From: Eledone cirrhosa
Lineage: Eukaryota
Assembly (NCBI GenBank): GCA_964016885.1
Contig: OZ024740.1
Location: 319,548,001-319,612,000 of the forward strand
Reading direction: 5' to 3'
Length of the DNA stretch: 64,000 nt
Shown here piece after piece: positions 1-12,604 of this stretch (positions within the stretch are counted from its first letter, which is position 1; the number at the start of each line of letters is the position of its first letter). Below the pieces are notes generated by a model that had not been told where the DNA came from, made no database searches, and saw nothing but the letters and a program-made list of their open reading frames with translations. Position numbers and translations under genes: made by a program.

Positions 1-349
1 GGTGTCAGAAACTGTTAGGAAGCCCCTCGAATGGATTGTACTTATAATTCACATTGATTTTCTTTGAGTTGAGAATTACATTAAGGCTACACGTGCCTGT
101 GGAATGCTCAGCCGCTCGTTAATGTAAAGAATACGAAATTCTATTGACCGAACAACTGGAACACTACACATTTCAACTAAAAAATTCAACTTATATTTTG
201 TTCACTTTTAATATATACATGTATGTGTGTGTGTATGTATATGTGTGTGTGTATGTGTGTATATGTATGTACGTATGTGTGTATATATGTATGTGTGTAT
301 GTGTGTGCATGTATGTCTGTGTATGTGTGTATGTATGTGTGCATCTTTG

Positions 350-1365
350 TTTCTATATGATTATAAAACGAGATATAACTACGAGCCAGCCCTCCGATAC
401 AATTTCCCCAATATCTGTTGTGGGATGTTACAGATACTTACGATGGGAAGAAAATATATCACACGATGGAACTTGTAATAAGGAACATATAACTAGGTAA
501 TGTAACACCCTGATAAGATATAACACGATTCTTAGAACACTCTGCTTACAATAATAAATTGATATTCCGCAATATAGATATTATAAAACAGTAATGAAAC
601 CAACATTTGAGCTACTCAGTTGAGCGGTAGATGATATCTGAACCTTTGTTGTTAAAACTAGAAAAATTACCAACACCAGAAACTCTCACACGAACAGATA
701 CAGGGAACGACTCTAACTAAAAGGAAAACAAAGAGGCTAAGATTTATCATCGGTTCATATCCTTTTGACAAGATCTACTAATAACTAAATGTCGAATTAC
801 ATCAATAGATCAAGTATATATATACAGGGTATCCCAAAAATATATGCACACTTTGATTACTTGTACAGGCAATATTTATCCCCAAAATGTATACACGCTT
901 TGAATACCAGTACAGGAAATATTTATTAGAATTGTAATTCTATTTATTAGAATGCTGTTGAAGTGTGTATACATTTTTGAGGGACATCCTATATATACAA
1001 CATATAAGATCAAGAAACCTGGAAAGGAGCTCACCAAGAAGTATTGGCTGACTGGTGTCCAGAGACAGATATTGTTCATTGCACATCTCTAGGTTAACAT
1101 GGAGAAAAATACATATTAGAAGGCTTCAAAGTGATAGGAACATAAATAACCAATGTAGTCTATATTACATAACAACCGTGATATCAGCTCATACTTTGAA
1201 GGTTATGATTTTTCAATTTAAGGACACGAAATAAGGATGAAATTACTTGATCCGCAAAAAGGGATAATAAACCAGGTAAATCATCTAGATACGACAACCG
1301 ATGGAGACTTTGTGGAATAAGCTCTGACGATGTCACTTAATACCCGATGAAACATCTACTTATAT
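350..1365 (+). mobile_element. Highly degenerate 3' part of a Penelope-like element, interrupted by a MITE
   Basis: Residual NVVYI (GIY-YIG-type) reading near 1150 and an HHR-like CTGACGA...GAAAC at 1324-1353; no open frame. Confidence 0.4.
823..993. mobile_element. Tc1/mariner-type MITE
   Basis: Imperfect TIRs ta-cagggtatcccaaaaa...tgcacactt / aagtgtgtatacatttttgagggacatcct-ata with TA flanks. Confidence 0.7.
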
Positions 1366-2370
1366 AACACCTCACCACCTGCTACCCGTCACCCCAACCT
1401 ACCCAACTACACTATTTCCCAATTCTCAGTCTGCGGTGTTCTTTCACACAATGGCTTCCCTGATTCTCGCTAGCAAAAGAACAATGTTTCATATTTCGCC
1501 TTGGCTACTCCTCTCTCTTAGGTATAGACACCGCGGTTATGTTCACATTGCTGTACCCTATCACATCACATTCTACCATTTCATTTCGTACCCTACCATA
1601 ATACATCACACACATATACGTCACACTATACAAATATACTAATACTACATATCCATACATCCGCCTAAACTGAAGATATCACACGCACATACCTTCGCAC
1701 AAAAACATAGTTACACATTTTAGACATGCCCACACATAATCGTAACTCTACAAACATAAATATCTACACATAAACCTCTTCTGTTAGACAGATAGGTAGC
1801 AGCTTGTACAATTATACATACATACACCAATTTTACATGCCCTCCAACTTCCTCTCTTCCTTTTCTCTTTTCTCCTGTCCTCTTTCCTCCTCATCTTTCC
1901 TTTACCTCCTCTCTCTCTCATTCTTTCTCCCTCTCACTCCATATTCATATGGCAACTTAGTTCTCCATTTTTGTAGGATGTAGGCAGCGGAGACGTTTGT
2001 AATTATTAACTTAATATTGTTCAAATAATTTTCTTTGTTCACTCAATTTTTTCTTCTTTTATTCTGCTTTGATAATGAATTTAACCCGAAACGTTAGATC
2101 CTTTCCTTTCCTTTTTTTATTTTTGATTCAGCGTAATTATTTTCATTGTACACATTTTCTACATTTAATGTGTATATATATTGTCCAACATGTTTGTCTT
2201 CACAGTAAGTAAGGTACTCGGTACATTAGTAAAGAGTAAACAAGTTTAATATAGAATTGGCTTCCACAGGACTAGAACTGTTTCATTCGGAGGAAATTAT
2301 CAGGCAAGCCCAATATATATTTTCAATTCCACCCCGCCCGTCCCTTCAATCTATCTAATTTTTCATTCTT

Positions 2371-2406
2371 TCTTCTGATGAAGGACTAGCGTCCGAAACG
2401 TTAAGA
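2371..2406 (+). ncRNA. Minimal type-I hammerhead ribozyme
   Basis: tctt-CTGATGA-a-GGAC tagc GTCC-GAAA-CG-TT-aaga: stem I tctt/aaga, 4-bp stem II, palindromic ACGT stem III. Confidence 0.8.
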
Positions 2407-2502
2407 CCCTCTTCCTGCTATTTCAAGCGTTAATCTAATATATTCCTTCCATATACTGTATCGATTGTGTTGTTACTTCTGTTTACCTTTTACATATATA
2501 TA

Positions 2503-2535
<33 letters not shown>

Positions 2536-2844
2536 TGTAAAATAAACTTACGAGCAGGTGTTTTCGCTGTGAAAATTAGGTACTGCAGTTAAACCGGATG
2601 TTTTCCTCTATGACAAAAAACAAATGTAATAGACCTGAATACTTTCAAAATTTATTGCCACCTGATCTGATTATCAGTTAGTCATTTCCTTATAACCTAG
2701 CATAGAGAGAAAAGGTATGTTATAGTTATTTATGGTATACACAAGTTCGGAGAGAACTAAATTGGCTTACTCTAATTTGCATAACCAGCGTAATATTTGC
2801 CAGCTTGAAGTAATTAACTGAAGCACTTCACTGCTTTATAAGTG

Positions 2845-3085
2845 AAGGTGTGCGGTTAGGGTGATAGGCTGAGATTATGAAGTCTTGTGTTCTATTCACA
2901 GACAAGGAGACCCAGTGTATCCTTGAGCAAAATTCTTCATTTCACATTGATCCAGTCCATTTACTCAGAGGAAAATATGTACCAGCTGCAACTAAGGGTT
3001 AATCTTGCCATGGCTTGCCATTCTTTGTACTCCCTGATCCTTTAACGCCTATGAAATCAAGACAAGTTGGAGACCGATGAGCCTG
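2845..3085 (+). mobile_element. tRNA-derived SINE family B (CORE-like), degenerate
   Basis: Similar to the 8015-8290 copy: ccttgagcaaaattcttcatttcacattgatccag. Confidence 0.6.
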
Positions 3086-3512
3086 TGGACGTAAGTCAAT
3101 CTTTAGTTTAACTTTAACCGCTTTATAAAGTAGAGATGTTATGTAAGATGACGTTGTTACTAGACATTAATTTTTAGATACTCTAATTAAAACATTTTTG
3201 TGTTTATCAATGAGATGGATCTTAGTGTTTATCACTCCTTCATCAGAGATCAGTTACTACTTTTCCAGACTCAGTGAGATTAATAGCTTATAAAAGACAC
3301 AATCTCAGATACTGGAATTTCCTTCCTTGAAATCGAAAGCATACTAATTGAGCATAGTAGCATATAAGAAGTGCAATTTGTCAAAAGAAGTTTTTGAATT
3401 TTTGGTTTATTCTTAAAAAATACTTTCTAATAGATTTCAAAGTAATATAATAATACTGGTTTCTGATTTAGGTACAAGGCCAAAAAGTAATATTATAATG
3501 ATTTCTACTTTA

Positions 3513-3702
3513 GGGTGGTGGATTGGCAGTATCTGTAGAGGGTCGGACACCATGCTTTGATGCATAGAATTACGGCCCTTTCCAATCTGAGTTCAAATCC
3601 CGCCGAGGTTAACTTTGCCTTTCATCCTTACGGGGTCGATAAAATAAAGTACCAGTAATGCACTGGGTAATTGCTGGCCTTGTGCCAAAAGTAGAAACAA
3701 TT
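3513..3702 (+). mobile_element. tRNA-derived SINE family A
   Basis: A-box-like tggcagtatc, B-box gagttcaaatcc, body gcctttcatccttacggggtcgataaaataaagtaccag. Confidence 0.9.
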
Positions 3703-3704
3703 AT

Positions 3705-3919
3705 AATGATTTCTACTTAGGCACAAAGCCAGCAATTTTAGGAGAGGGGAAAGTCGATTAAATCGACCCCAGTGCATTACTGGTGCTATATCTTATTGAC
3801 CCCCGTAAGGATGAAAGGCAAAGTTTACCTAAAGGGATGAAAGGCAAAGTTGACCTAAAGGGCCGTAACTCTCTACTGCAAAGCATGGCACCCGCCCCTC
3901 TACCGATACTGCCAATCCA
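3705..3919 (-). mobile_element. SINE family A
   Basis: Reverse complement of the family A consensus with a small internal duplication. Confidence 0.85.
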
Positions 3920-4504
3920 ACACATTTAGTAATATATGTAATATAATAATAATGGTTTCTGATTTAGGTACAAGGCCAACAAGTAGTATTATAATAATGA
4001 AGGTTAGTGGAAACAAGTTTACGCTTGAACAGTTTATTAGAAATGAAATGTTACTCTTTAGTGTCGTGTACATAAAAAAGAGGGATAAATATATTTTTCA
4101 TGATTTCATTTCTTTCAAAACTACTTAGACCGGGTTATTTGAGCCGTATTTTGATATATTTCTTTGTTTTTCTCTGTATATATTTGACTGAGGGAGTAAA
4201 GTTACAAGAGGCAGATTTATTCTAATTCATACGACTGGACTGCTGAGATGAAGACTCAGGACACAAGCCAACTAAGTTCAATTCTTCTTCAAAAGACCGA
4301 TACTGAACACGGCCAACTCGGTTAAGTGATAAACTCGAACCTGATCAAGTCAGTGGAGTAGCCTCTACACGGTTGCTTGATCAGCTAGAAATGACAGTCA
4401 GATTTCATCCAAATCACAGTCTACCGTCTGAAAAAAAGGGAAGAGGAGTATATTAGTAAATATATGTTTGAAAGATGTGTTTTCATTATATATACATTCA
4501 AACA

Positions 4505-4722
4505 GGGCGGTGGGTTAACAGTATGGGTAGAGCGTCGGACAACATGCTTTGTGGCGTAGAGTTACGGTCCTTTACGTTCTGAGTTGAAATCCCGCTGAGG
4601 TTAACATTGCCTTTCATCCTTACGGGGTCGATAAAATAAAGTACCAGTAATGCATTGGGATCAATTTAATCAACTTTCCCCTCCCCCCAAATTACTGGCT
4701 TTGTGCCTAAACTAGAAACCAT
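4505..4722 (+). mobile_element. SINE family A
   Basis: Full-length match to the family A consensus. Confidence 0.9.
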
Positions 4723-5545
4723 TATATATACATTCAATGAGAGCTGCTATGGAGCTGGAGCTAATTTCATATTCTACCCCAACACAAAGGTAAACTAGGT
4801 AAAGTAATACATAGAAATCAAGGCAGATAGAACAGCAGCATGTAATGCTGATATAGAGTTATAATCCTGCATATTATATTTGGTGGTTTATCAAATATTG
4901 TTGATATCAAGAATGATGTATTATTATAGTTACACAGTAGCCATCTATGACTTATGCACTACTTACAATAAATAATGCAGCCATACGAACTGGATTTATT
5001 TTTCAGATGGATAAACCTATAACTAAATACGTAATGTCTTTTCAGCTTTGCTCGGCTAACAAATACGAACATTTATTCTTCAATAGTGATCCGATTGCGT
5101 CTCAGGGAAGGACACAGGTTAGGTTTGTGCACGATAAATGTAAAACAAACTGCTGCAAATGTGACGCTGTTCAGATTTAAAGGTTATATAAGCCTATGTT
5201 TGGCATTTTTCTAATTTTTCTATACTAACTTTAACACAAACTTGGAATGACATTAATATTGTCACCAGAAAGCTGTGCACATGTTAGGATAGAGAGGAAT
5301 GGAATGTTGCAAATTCTATGCTTTTCTCAAGGTTATTAGAAGCATAACTGACGTTTAAATTGCTTCAGCCAAACACTGAAAGCAATTCGATCATTAGACT
5401 TCACAAAATCTGGGTATTTTCCCTTAGACACTCGCATCTATGACATTAGTAGTATTACATGGAACAATACATCTCACAATACTTAGGTACGCTTAAATTG
5501 CCTTTACCCTTCTATAACTACGTATGGGGAGAGCGGGAGAGACGG

Positions 5546-5790
5546 AGGCAGTGGCTGTGGGAATTTGGTTCCTTTGTGTTTGGACCTGGTGTATATTTGT
5601 ATGTTTCACGGGCACACGCACACTGAGGCAGTGACAGTGGGAGTTTGGTTCCTTTGTGTTCGGACCTGGTGTATATGTATATGTTTCACAGACACACTCA
5701 TACTAGGTCCTTGACAGTGGGAGTTCGGTTCCTTTGTGTTCGGACCTGGTGTATATGTATATGTTTCACGGATTCACACTCATACTGAGG
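5546..5790. repeat. Tandem repeat, ~79-bp unit, 3 copies
   Basis: Unit gtgggagtttggttcctttgtgttcggacctggtgtatatgtatatgtttcac recurs three times. Confidence 0.9.
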
Positions 5791-6149
5791 CATTTATACA
5801 TTGAAATCGTTATTTATTCATATAGTTTGTTTGTTTTATTTTCCCAAAATAATTCGTTTAATGAGACTCCGTATTTCCTCTGCAACAGAGTATTGAAAAA
5901 TAAAACTTTAGGCTTTAGTGTTGTGTACATAAAAAAAAACAGGGAGAAAGAAAATATTTTTACGAATTCATTTGTTAAAAATACCCTAACTTGCATCGCT
6001 CTGATTGACTGACAGGATCCCAGACCTCATTCGCTTGCCGAGTGGGGTGACCTCGTCAAATCGGACCAAGGAAACAATGTTTCCATTAGTCTTTCCATTG
6101 CTGATACTATCTACAGGTCGTAACTCCTGACAGAAGGATCGACCTTAAA

Positions 6150-6485
6150 TAAAGTGTCTTGCTCAAGGACACAATGCATTACCCGGTCCGAGAATTGGAC
6201 TCGCAGCCTCACGATTGCGAACCCAACACTCTAACCACTAAGTCACGTAGATCAGCATTCCACAAAAACGTGAACTCTTATTGTAATGCACAGGAAAATT
6301 AAATGTGATGCAGTGTGTGACGAGGTTGGCTCTTTTGTATTAAAAGTACAGTCCACCGACAAACTTTCAGTTTCCGTCTACCTAATTTCACCCACAAGAC
6401 TTGGATCAACCCGAGGCTATAGTAAAGACCACTTGCTCAATATGCCAAGTATTGGGATTGAACCCGGGACCCTAATGGTTGTGAA
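6150..6485 (-). mobile_element. SINE heads (family B at 6150-6247; third tRNA-SINE family at 6340-6485)
   Basis: tgtcttgctcaaggacacaatgc...aaccactaagtcacg; cacttgctcaatatgcc...gggattgaacccggg. Confidence 0.6.
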
Positions 6486-7249
6486 GGAAACCTAATCGAT
6501 TATTTCTTCTCATATTTAATCGACTATTGCCACACATCAGACATATGGCATCGTGCCAAAACTAGAAATCAATATTAAGTTATTTTATTATAGCTAAGAC
6601 TGTAGACAACGAGGTTTACTCCCGGTGAGTTCAGTATGACACGGTTTTAATTCTCGACTGAAGCCATTAAACTACCTTTACATTGCAAATACCTCTTTGA
6701 AAGGTTACATTGCTTATTTCCTCCACACCACTACCGCCGCCATTAGCATATATGGATTCGTGCCTTCTAAAAAAATTAGTTACATTTAATGTTTAAATTT
6801 AGAAAATTAATAATAATTGTGATAATGATTTCGGTTTTATATGCCAGTCATATCTGGTTTCGGTAACTAAGTCTTGGGGATTACATTATTAAAGTTATCT
6901 CTTTGCACTTGCCGTGCTTTGTTTTTCTTTTGGCTTAGTCTGGTACTTATCGTTGGCTGTAGTCACTTTACAATTTACTGTAACTAGTTGTAGTTAAGAT
7001 TGAGGTCATGACAATGATAAAATACGTTTCGATCATTACCCTCTTGTTGTTTTATTCAGATATTGTGTATCTAGGGATATGTTATCTAATGTTAATGTTT
7101 AAGACAGTATAGTATGATTTGGACAGTTTTCGCTAGTGATTTTAGCAGGTCGAGTTACTACGAAGAGAACACAAATTGGAGAAAGTGATGAGTTTGTTGA
7201 CTTCTCTACCAGTTTTTTGGTTACTCTCCGTTTCCTACTTCTGCGAATA

Positions 7250-7478
7250 ACTCAATGTGCCACATATTCTCTGTAAAACAGTCAATTTCCACATCAGGGC
7301 AACCGTAACTCCGAGCAACAGTACACACTGTAACTCGGCCAGTTTCCATATCAGGGCAACCGTAACTCCAAGCAACACTTATTCACTGTAACTCAGTCAA
7401 TTTCCATATCATTACAACCAAAACTGCGAGTGACATATTCACTGTAACTCAGCCAGTTTCCATATCATTACAACCATA
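7250..7478. repeat. Tandem repeat, ~57-bp unit, ~4 copies
   Basis: ctgtaactcagtcaatttccatatca...caacc recurs. Confidence 0.85.
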
Positions 7479-7539
7479 AAATTATCTTTAATATTCCTTT
7501 ACAAAGAAGCATTAATAGGGACTTTTGTAGTCCACACAA

Positions 7540-7940
7540 TATGATTTCTAATTTAGGCACCAAACCAACAATTTGTGGAAAGGAGAAAATTGATTACATC
7601 TACCTCATTACACTACAGGTACTTAATTTTATCAACCTTGGAAAGATTGATAAACCTCGACAGGATTTGAAACATTTGTCCGATGCGCTAGCAACTCTAC
7701 TACCGTTATAAAATGAGACTATAAATTCTCCGATAAAGGCACAAGACCAACAATTTTTTAGGAGGAGGGGAAATCGATTCAATCGAACCAGTACGTTACT
7801 GGTACTTTATTTTATTGACCCTGTAATGATGAAAGGCAAGGCTAACCTCGGCAGGATTTGAGCTCAGAACGTAAGGACCTTAGCTCTATGATAAAGCATG
7901 GTGCCCGACGCTCTACCGATACTGCAAATCCACCGGCCTC
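7540..7940 (-). mobile_element. Two tandem SINE family A copies
   Basis: Reverse-complement matches to the consensus; first copy degenerate. Confidence 0.8.
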
Positions 7941-8014
7941 AAATTCCCCGATAATATTGGTTTCTGATTTTAGCACAAGGCCAACAATTTTATCCAACGC
8001 TATAACAACTCTTT

Positions 8015-8290
8015 GGAGGTGCGTGGCCTAGTGGTAAGGGTGTTGAACTTACGATCATAATGTCGTAGGTTCTATTCCTGGGCTGCGTGTTGTGTTCTTG
8101 AGTAAAACACTTCATTTCACATTGCTCCAGTATACACAGCTGAAAATGAGTACCAGTAATAGCTGGTGGTTTAACCTTGCGATGGACTGGCGTCCTGTCC
8201 AGTGGGGAGTCTTGTACCTTTAGTAGCTTCACGCCATGAAACCGGGATAAGCACCGGCCTAACGATCCTTCTTGCTTAAGACAGACAGAC
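8015..8290 (+). mobile_element. tRNA-derived SINE family B (CORE-like body)
   Basis: gcgtggcctagtggtaagg A-box, ggttctattcc B-box, ttgagtaaaacacttcatttcacattgctccag, tail gcgatggactggcgtcctgtccag. Confidence 0.85.
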
Positions 8291-8486
8291 TCGAACAACT
8301 CTACTACCTTTATAAAATGAGACTATAGATTCTCCGATAATATTGATGTGTAATGTTGCAGTGGAAGTCTTATCACATACCGTATCTGTCTGTTAGATAT
8401 ATATCATGCAACTACATGTCTTCCATTGGATCAAAGTTGTATAAACATTTTATCGTTAATCTGACAACTTTTCGTTACTTTAATAA

Positions 8487-9142
8487 ATGTTTCTACTTTT
8501 GACACAAGGCCAGCAATTTGAAGGGAAGGTGAAAAGTCGATTAAATCGACCCAGTACATCACTGGTACTTTATTTTATCGACACACCTCCCTCCGTAAGG
8601 ATTGAAGGTAAAGCTAACCCTGGCGGGATTTGAACGCAAAACACAAAAGCCGCAAATCATGGTGTCCTACGCTCTACAGATTCTGGCAGTCTACCACTTT
8701 TCGTTATTTTTAAAATGGTTTCTGATTAAGGCACATGGTCAACAATTTTAGGGGAGGGAAAAGTCGATTAAACAGAACCCAATGTGTTAGTGGTACCTTC
8801 TGTTATCGACCCCGTAAGGGTGAAAAGCATAGCTAACCGCGACAGGATTTGAACTATGCCGCAAAGCCTGTAGCCCAATGCTCTACCGATTCTACCAATC
8901 CATCGCCTCTTTGTTACTTTAATAATGGTTTCTCATTTAGGCACAAGGCCAGCAATTTTGGAGGAGGGGAAACGTCGATTAAATCGACCCCAGTGCATGA
9001 CTGGTACTTTATTTTATCGACCCTGTAAGGATGAAAGGCAAAATTAACCTCGGCGGGATTTGAACTCAGACTGTAAAGGACCGTAACTCTATGCTGCAAA
9101 GCATGGTGTCCGACTCTCTACCAATACAGCCACTCCACCGCC
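8487..9142 (-). mobile_element. Three tandem SINE family A copies (8487-8697, 8716-8887, 8925-9142)
   Basis: Head-to-tail reverse-complement matches to the consensus. Confidence 0.9.
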
Positions 9143-9267
9143 CTCTTTGTTACTTTAATAATGCAAATGAACGCTTAGTACTACGATATATTGTCATAAA
9201 CTGCCTCATTATAGACCATAAGTGGTAATGCTATATAGACACTTTGGGATAATAACTTAGTCTAAAA

Positions 9268-9449
9268 TACGATGATCGGCTGAAAATTCTTAGGCTAACT
9301 ATGAAGGATTGACGCTAGGGCTGTGAAATCCTGCATGCATAAATTTCAACTCAACGGCATTGTTTTTTTCCAGGGATCATGTTGAAAAATAAACCTCATG
9401 TTGGTCATTTCATCTTTGTCAGCCTATGAACTTTTCAGCCGACCTCGTA
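9268..9449. mobile_element. Mariner-derived MITE
   Basis: TIRs ta-cga..tcggctgaaaattcttaggct / agcctatgaacttttcagccgacctcg-ta; same family as 43955-44727. Confidence 0.8.
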
Positions 9450-9939
9450 TATAACCAGAAACCTAAAAACGAAACGTCTAAAGTTATCTGTTACATGCCA
9501 ACAATAAATTTAATTACAGATTAAGTTGACTGCTGAATTGCATTGTTAAGCCCCGGGTTGCACTAGTTGAGTAGACCTATGATTAATGACGTTCTAGCCG
9601 TGACCATCCCATCCTTTTATAAAACCTTGTCCCATATGTCCTGTTCCAATGGTAGATGTATTGGAGAAAATTTGGCTTTTTCTGACAAGTTGAGAGACAG
9701 TCAGAAGATTACTTGCGATGTATGGTAGTGTTGAGTTTTATGCGTCAGAGGTTGTGTTGAAACAATGATGATAAGTCATAAAACATGTATGTGCTTATAT
9801 ATATATATAGTGTTATATTTGAGGAGGATCATATTGTTATAATATTGCCAGAAATAATAATAAAACACACTCACTGTTTTGTTTGGATTGGTTTTTGCTT
9901 CTGTATCTTTTATATCTCCATAGTTAATTTTCTAGCAAT

Positions 9940-9998
<59 letters not shown>

Positions 9999-10002
<4 letters not shown>

Positions 10003-10190
10003 AGAAAAGATGACCCCGACGGCAGAGCTTAAGCCGTTTCGACTGCTATTTCTGGACTAGAAATAGCCGTAGAAACGGCTTGAGCTCTGCCGTCGGGGTC
10101 ATACTTTCTCCTATTACCCACTCTACTACCTTAAGTATTGAGTACTCTGGTGCGTTATGGTCCATCTGGTTCCTTACCACAACTTCTTCG

Positions 10191-10192
<2 letters not shown>
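9999..10192 (+). mobile_element. Short (TA)n-embedded fold-back element carrying the 3' half of a hammerhead
   Basis: Hairpin 9999-10113; GAAA-CGGC ttgagctct GCCG-TC-ggggtc; paralogs at 19243-19422 and 39503-39641. Confidence 0.7.
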
Positions 10193-10237
<45 letters not shown>

Positions 10238-10547
10238 TGTGTGTGTGTGTGTGTGTGTATACATATATATATACACACACACACATATGTATATATATAT
10301 ATATATATATATAATTATGATTTATATATGTGCGTGTGTGTGAATAGCAAAGGTGCATGCAGTAAAAATAAAAGGTGTGTGTGTGTCTGTGTTTATAAAA
10401 GAGTGAAAGTAGAGAAGGAGTGGGAGAGAGGTTGGGGGTAGGAAGGGGTTGGGGGTAGGAAAAACTTATTAGGGTGATAGTTCTAATAGGAATCGAAACT
10501 TTACCGTAGACATAACGTGTTGATCTGGTAAACTTATGAATGATTAT

Positions 10548-10589
10548 CTCTCATTGAAGAGGTCTAATAATACCGAAATATATCCGGAG
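10548..10589 (+). ncRNA. Hammerhead variant (C3U)
   Basis: tTGAAGA-GGT ctaataat ACC-GAAA-TATA-TC-cggag; weak stem I. Confidence 0.5.
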
Positions 10590-11284
10590 TTATAATAGTA
10601 ACTGCTATTTATATAAGTATATCAGATTCTTCTTTTTCTTACTAGAATGTCGATTTCAAATTTTAAATAATTTAGACATCGGGACGTGAAAGCATTTTAA
10701 GAATACAATTCGTGCGAGGGGGGGGGGGGGCATCCTTGCCTTTCTACAGCTATATTAAACCTTGTTCAAGTTAACCTCTTGTCAATACAGTTATAGTCTT
10801 ATATTCCTGATTAATTAGTTACCAAGTTTACTATATTAAGTGCATTAGCACTTAGTTCACTCTAGCTCTGCAGGAACCGACCACCAACGTACAGTGCTTC
10901 ATACTAATTGTACATACTGCACAAGTACGTAGATGGGCTGAAATCTTACAATATAACTGGTCTCTTGTATACTATTAGCCCTTATCTCTCTTGTTTCATT
11001 CCAATTTTCTCTCTCATTCTCTTTCCCTCTACTCTCTCTCGCACTCCCTCTCTCTCTCACTCCCCCTCTCTCTCGTGTGTGTGCAGTGTGTGTATGTGTG
11101 TGTGTGCATGCATACATACATACACACACATACATACATAGACACATATACATACATAGGCGCACACATATGAAAGCACTCCAACTACCATCCTAAATTT
11201 TATCTTTCCCCGTTACTATATATATATTTATATTCAAAAGCATACATAATCACATATAAAACAAAACGAGAGCGAAAGTGTCAA

Positions 11285-11683
11285 AGGAAGAGCGGGGGAG
11301 TGGGAGAGAGATGGGGGGGGGGGGTGAATAGAGAGAGAGAGCGTTAAAGGGAGGGATGAAGAGAGAGAGTTAAAGGAAGAGTGGAGGTAGGGAAGAGAGA
11401 GAGAGCGTTAAAGGAAGAGTTGGGGAGTGGGTAGGGAGGGATGAAGAGAGAGAGAGAGAGAGTTAAAGGAAGAGTGTGGGGGGTGAAGAGAGAGCGTTAA
11501 AGGAAGAGTGGGAGAGTGGGAGAGAGAAAGCGAGAGGGTGGAAGGGAGAGGGAGAGAGAGAGAGAGAGAGCGAGAGAGCATTAACAGAAGAGTGGGGGAG
11601 TGGGAAAGAGGAAGAGGGAGGAAGGAAGAGAGCAAGAGAGAGTGAGTGGGAGAGAGAGAGTGAGTGAAAGAAAGAGGGAGAGT

Positions 11684-11737
<54 letters not shown>
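11285..11737. repeat. GA-rich low-complexity tract and (GA)n
   Basis: Direct inspection. Confidence 0.95.
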
Positions 11738-11744
<7 letters not shown>

Positions 11745-12360
11745 ATCAAACGAAAATGTGGCAGATAAACAAAAGCAAAAGGCAAAAATAAAATGCACGG
11801 CTTCATCTCTGAGCGTCTCTATTTTCAAAGGATGGTGCCAAACTATAAGGGTTAACTAATTAAATACAACACAAGAAGAGCTGCTCCTTCGTATTGAATG
11901 ATGTAACAATGGCATGGAAGAAGAGACCTACAGTTCACTGCATTTACCCACTGTGCCAATCTCAAAGAATGAATAAAGAAGATTTTAAAAAAATAAACCT
12001 TTTATAGTAGTGTATTTCTCATTCGTTGAATAACATTTTGCTATAAATACATAACAAGCTGCGCTAGTCTAGACAGGAAAAAAATCGACGCGGATTATTT
12101 CGAGTTAAGTTTTGTATTAGTGTTAGTGAGCAGTACGGATTTGTTATCGTCTTTAAAAACAGACTACAGGAGAAATATAATAATGTATAAGTGGACAGGA
12201 ATTGTGACTCTGATCCTATTTAAGTGACGTTTTTAGACGATGACCATTGTCAGCATATGACGACCTTCTTGTGTGTGTGTATCTGTGTGTGTGTGTGTGT
12301 TTGTGTGTGTGTTGCGTAGTTATTCAAAATGTGTGCATGTACGTGCACCTGTATGTATAT

Positions 12361-12391
<31 letters not shown>

Positions 12392-12437
12392 GTGAAAAAA
12401 TGGGGAGAAGAATACTGCAGACACACACACATACATG

Positions 12438-12468
<31 letters not shown>

Positions 12469-12572
12469 GCACACACATATATATGCGTGTGTGTGTGTGT
12501 GTGTTTGTGTGTTACTTAGCTATTAAAATAATTAAAATGGGTGCAGGTATGTGTGTGTGCCTGTATGTATGC

Positions 12573-12604
<32 letters not shown>

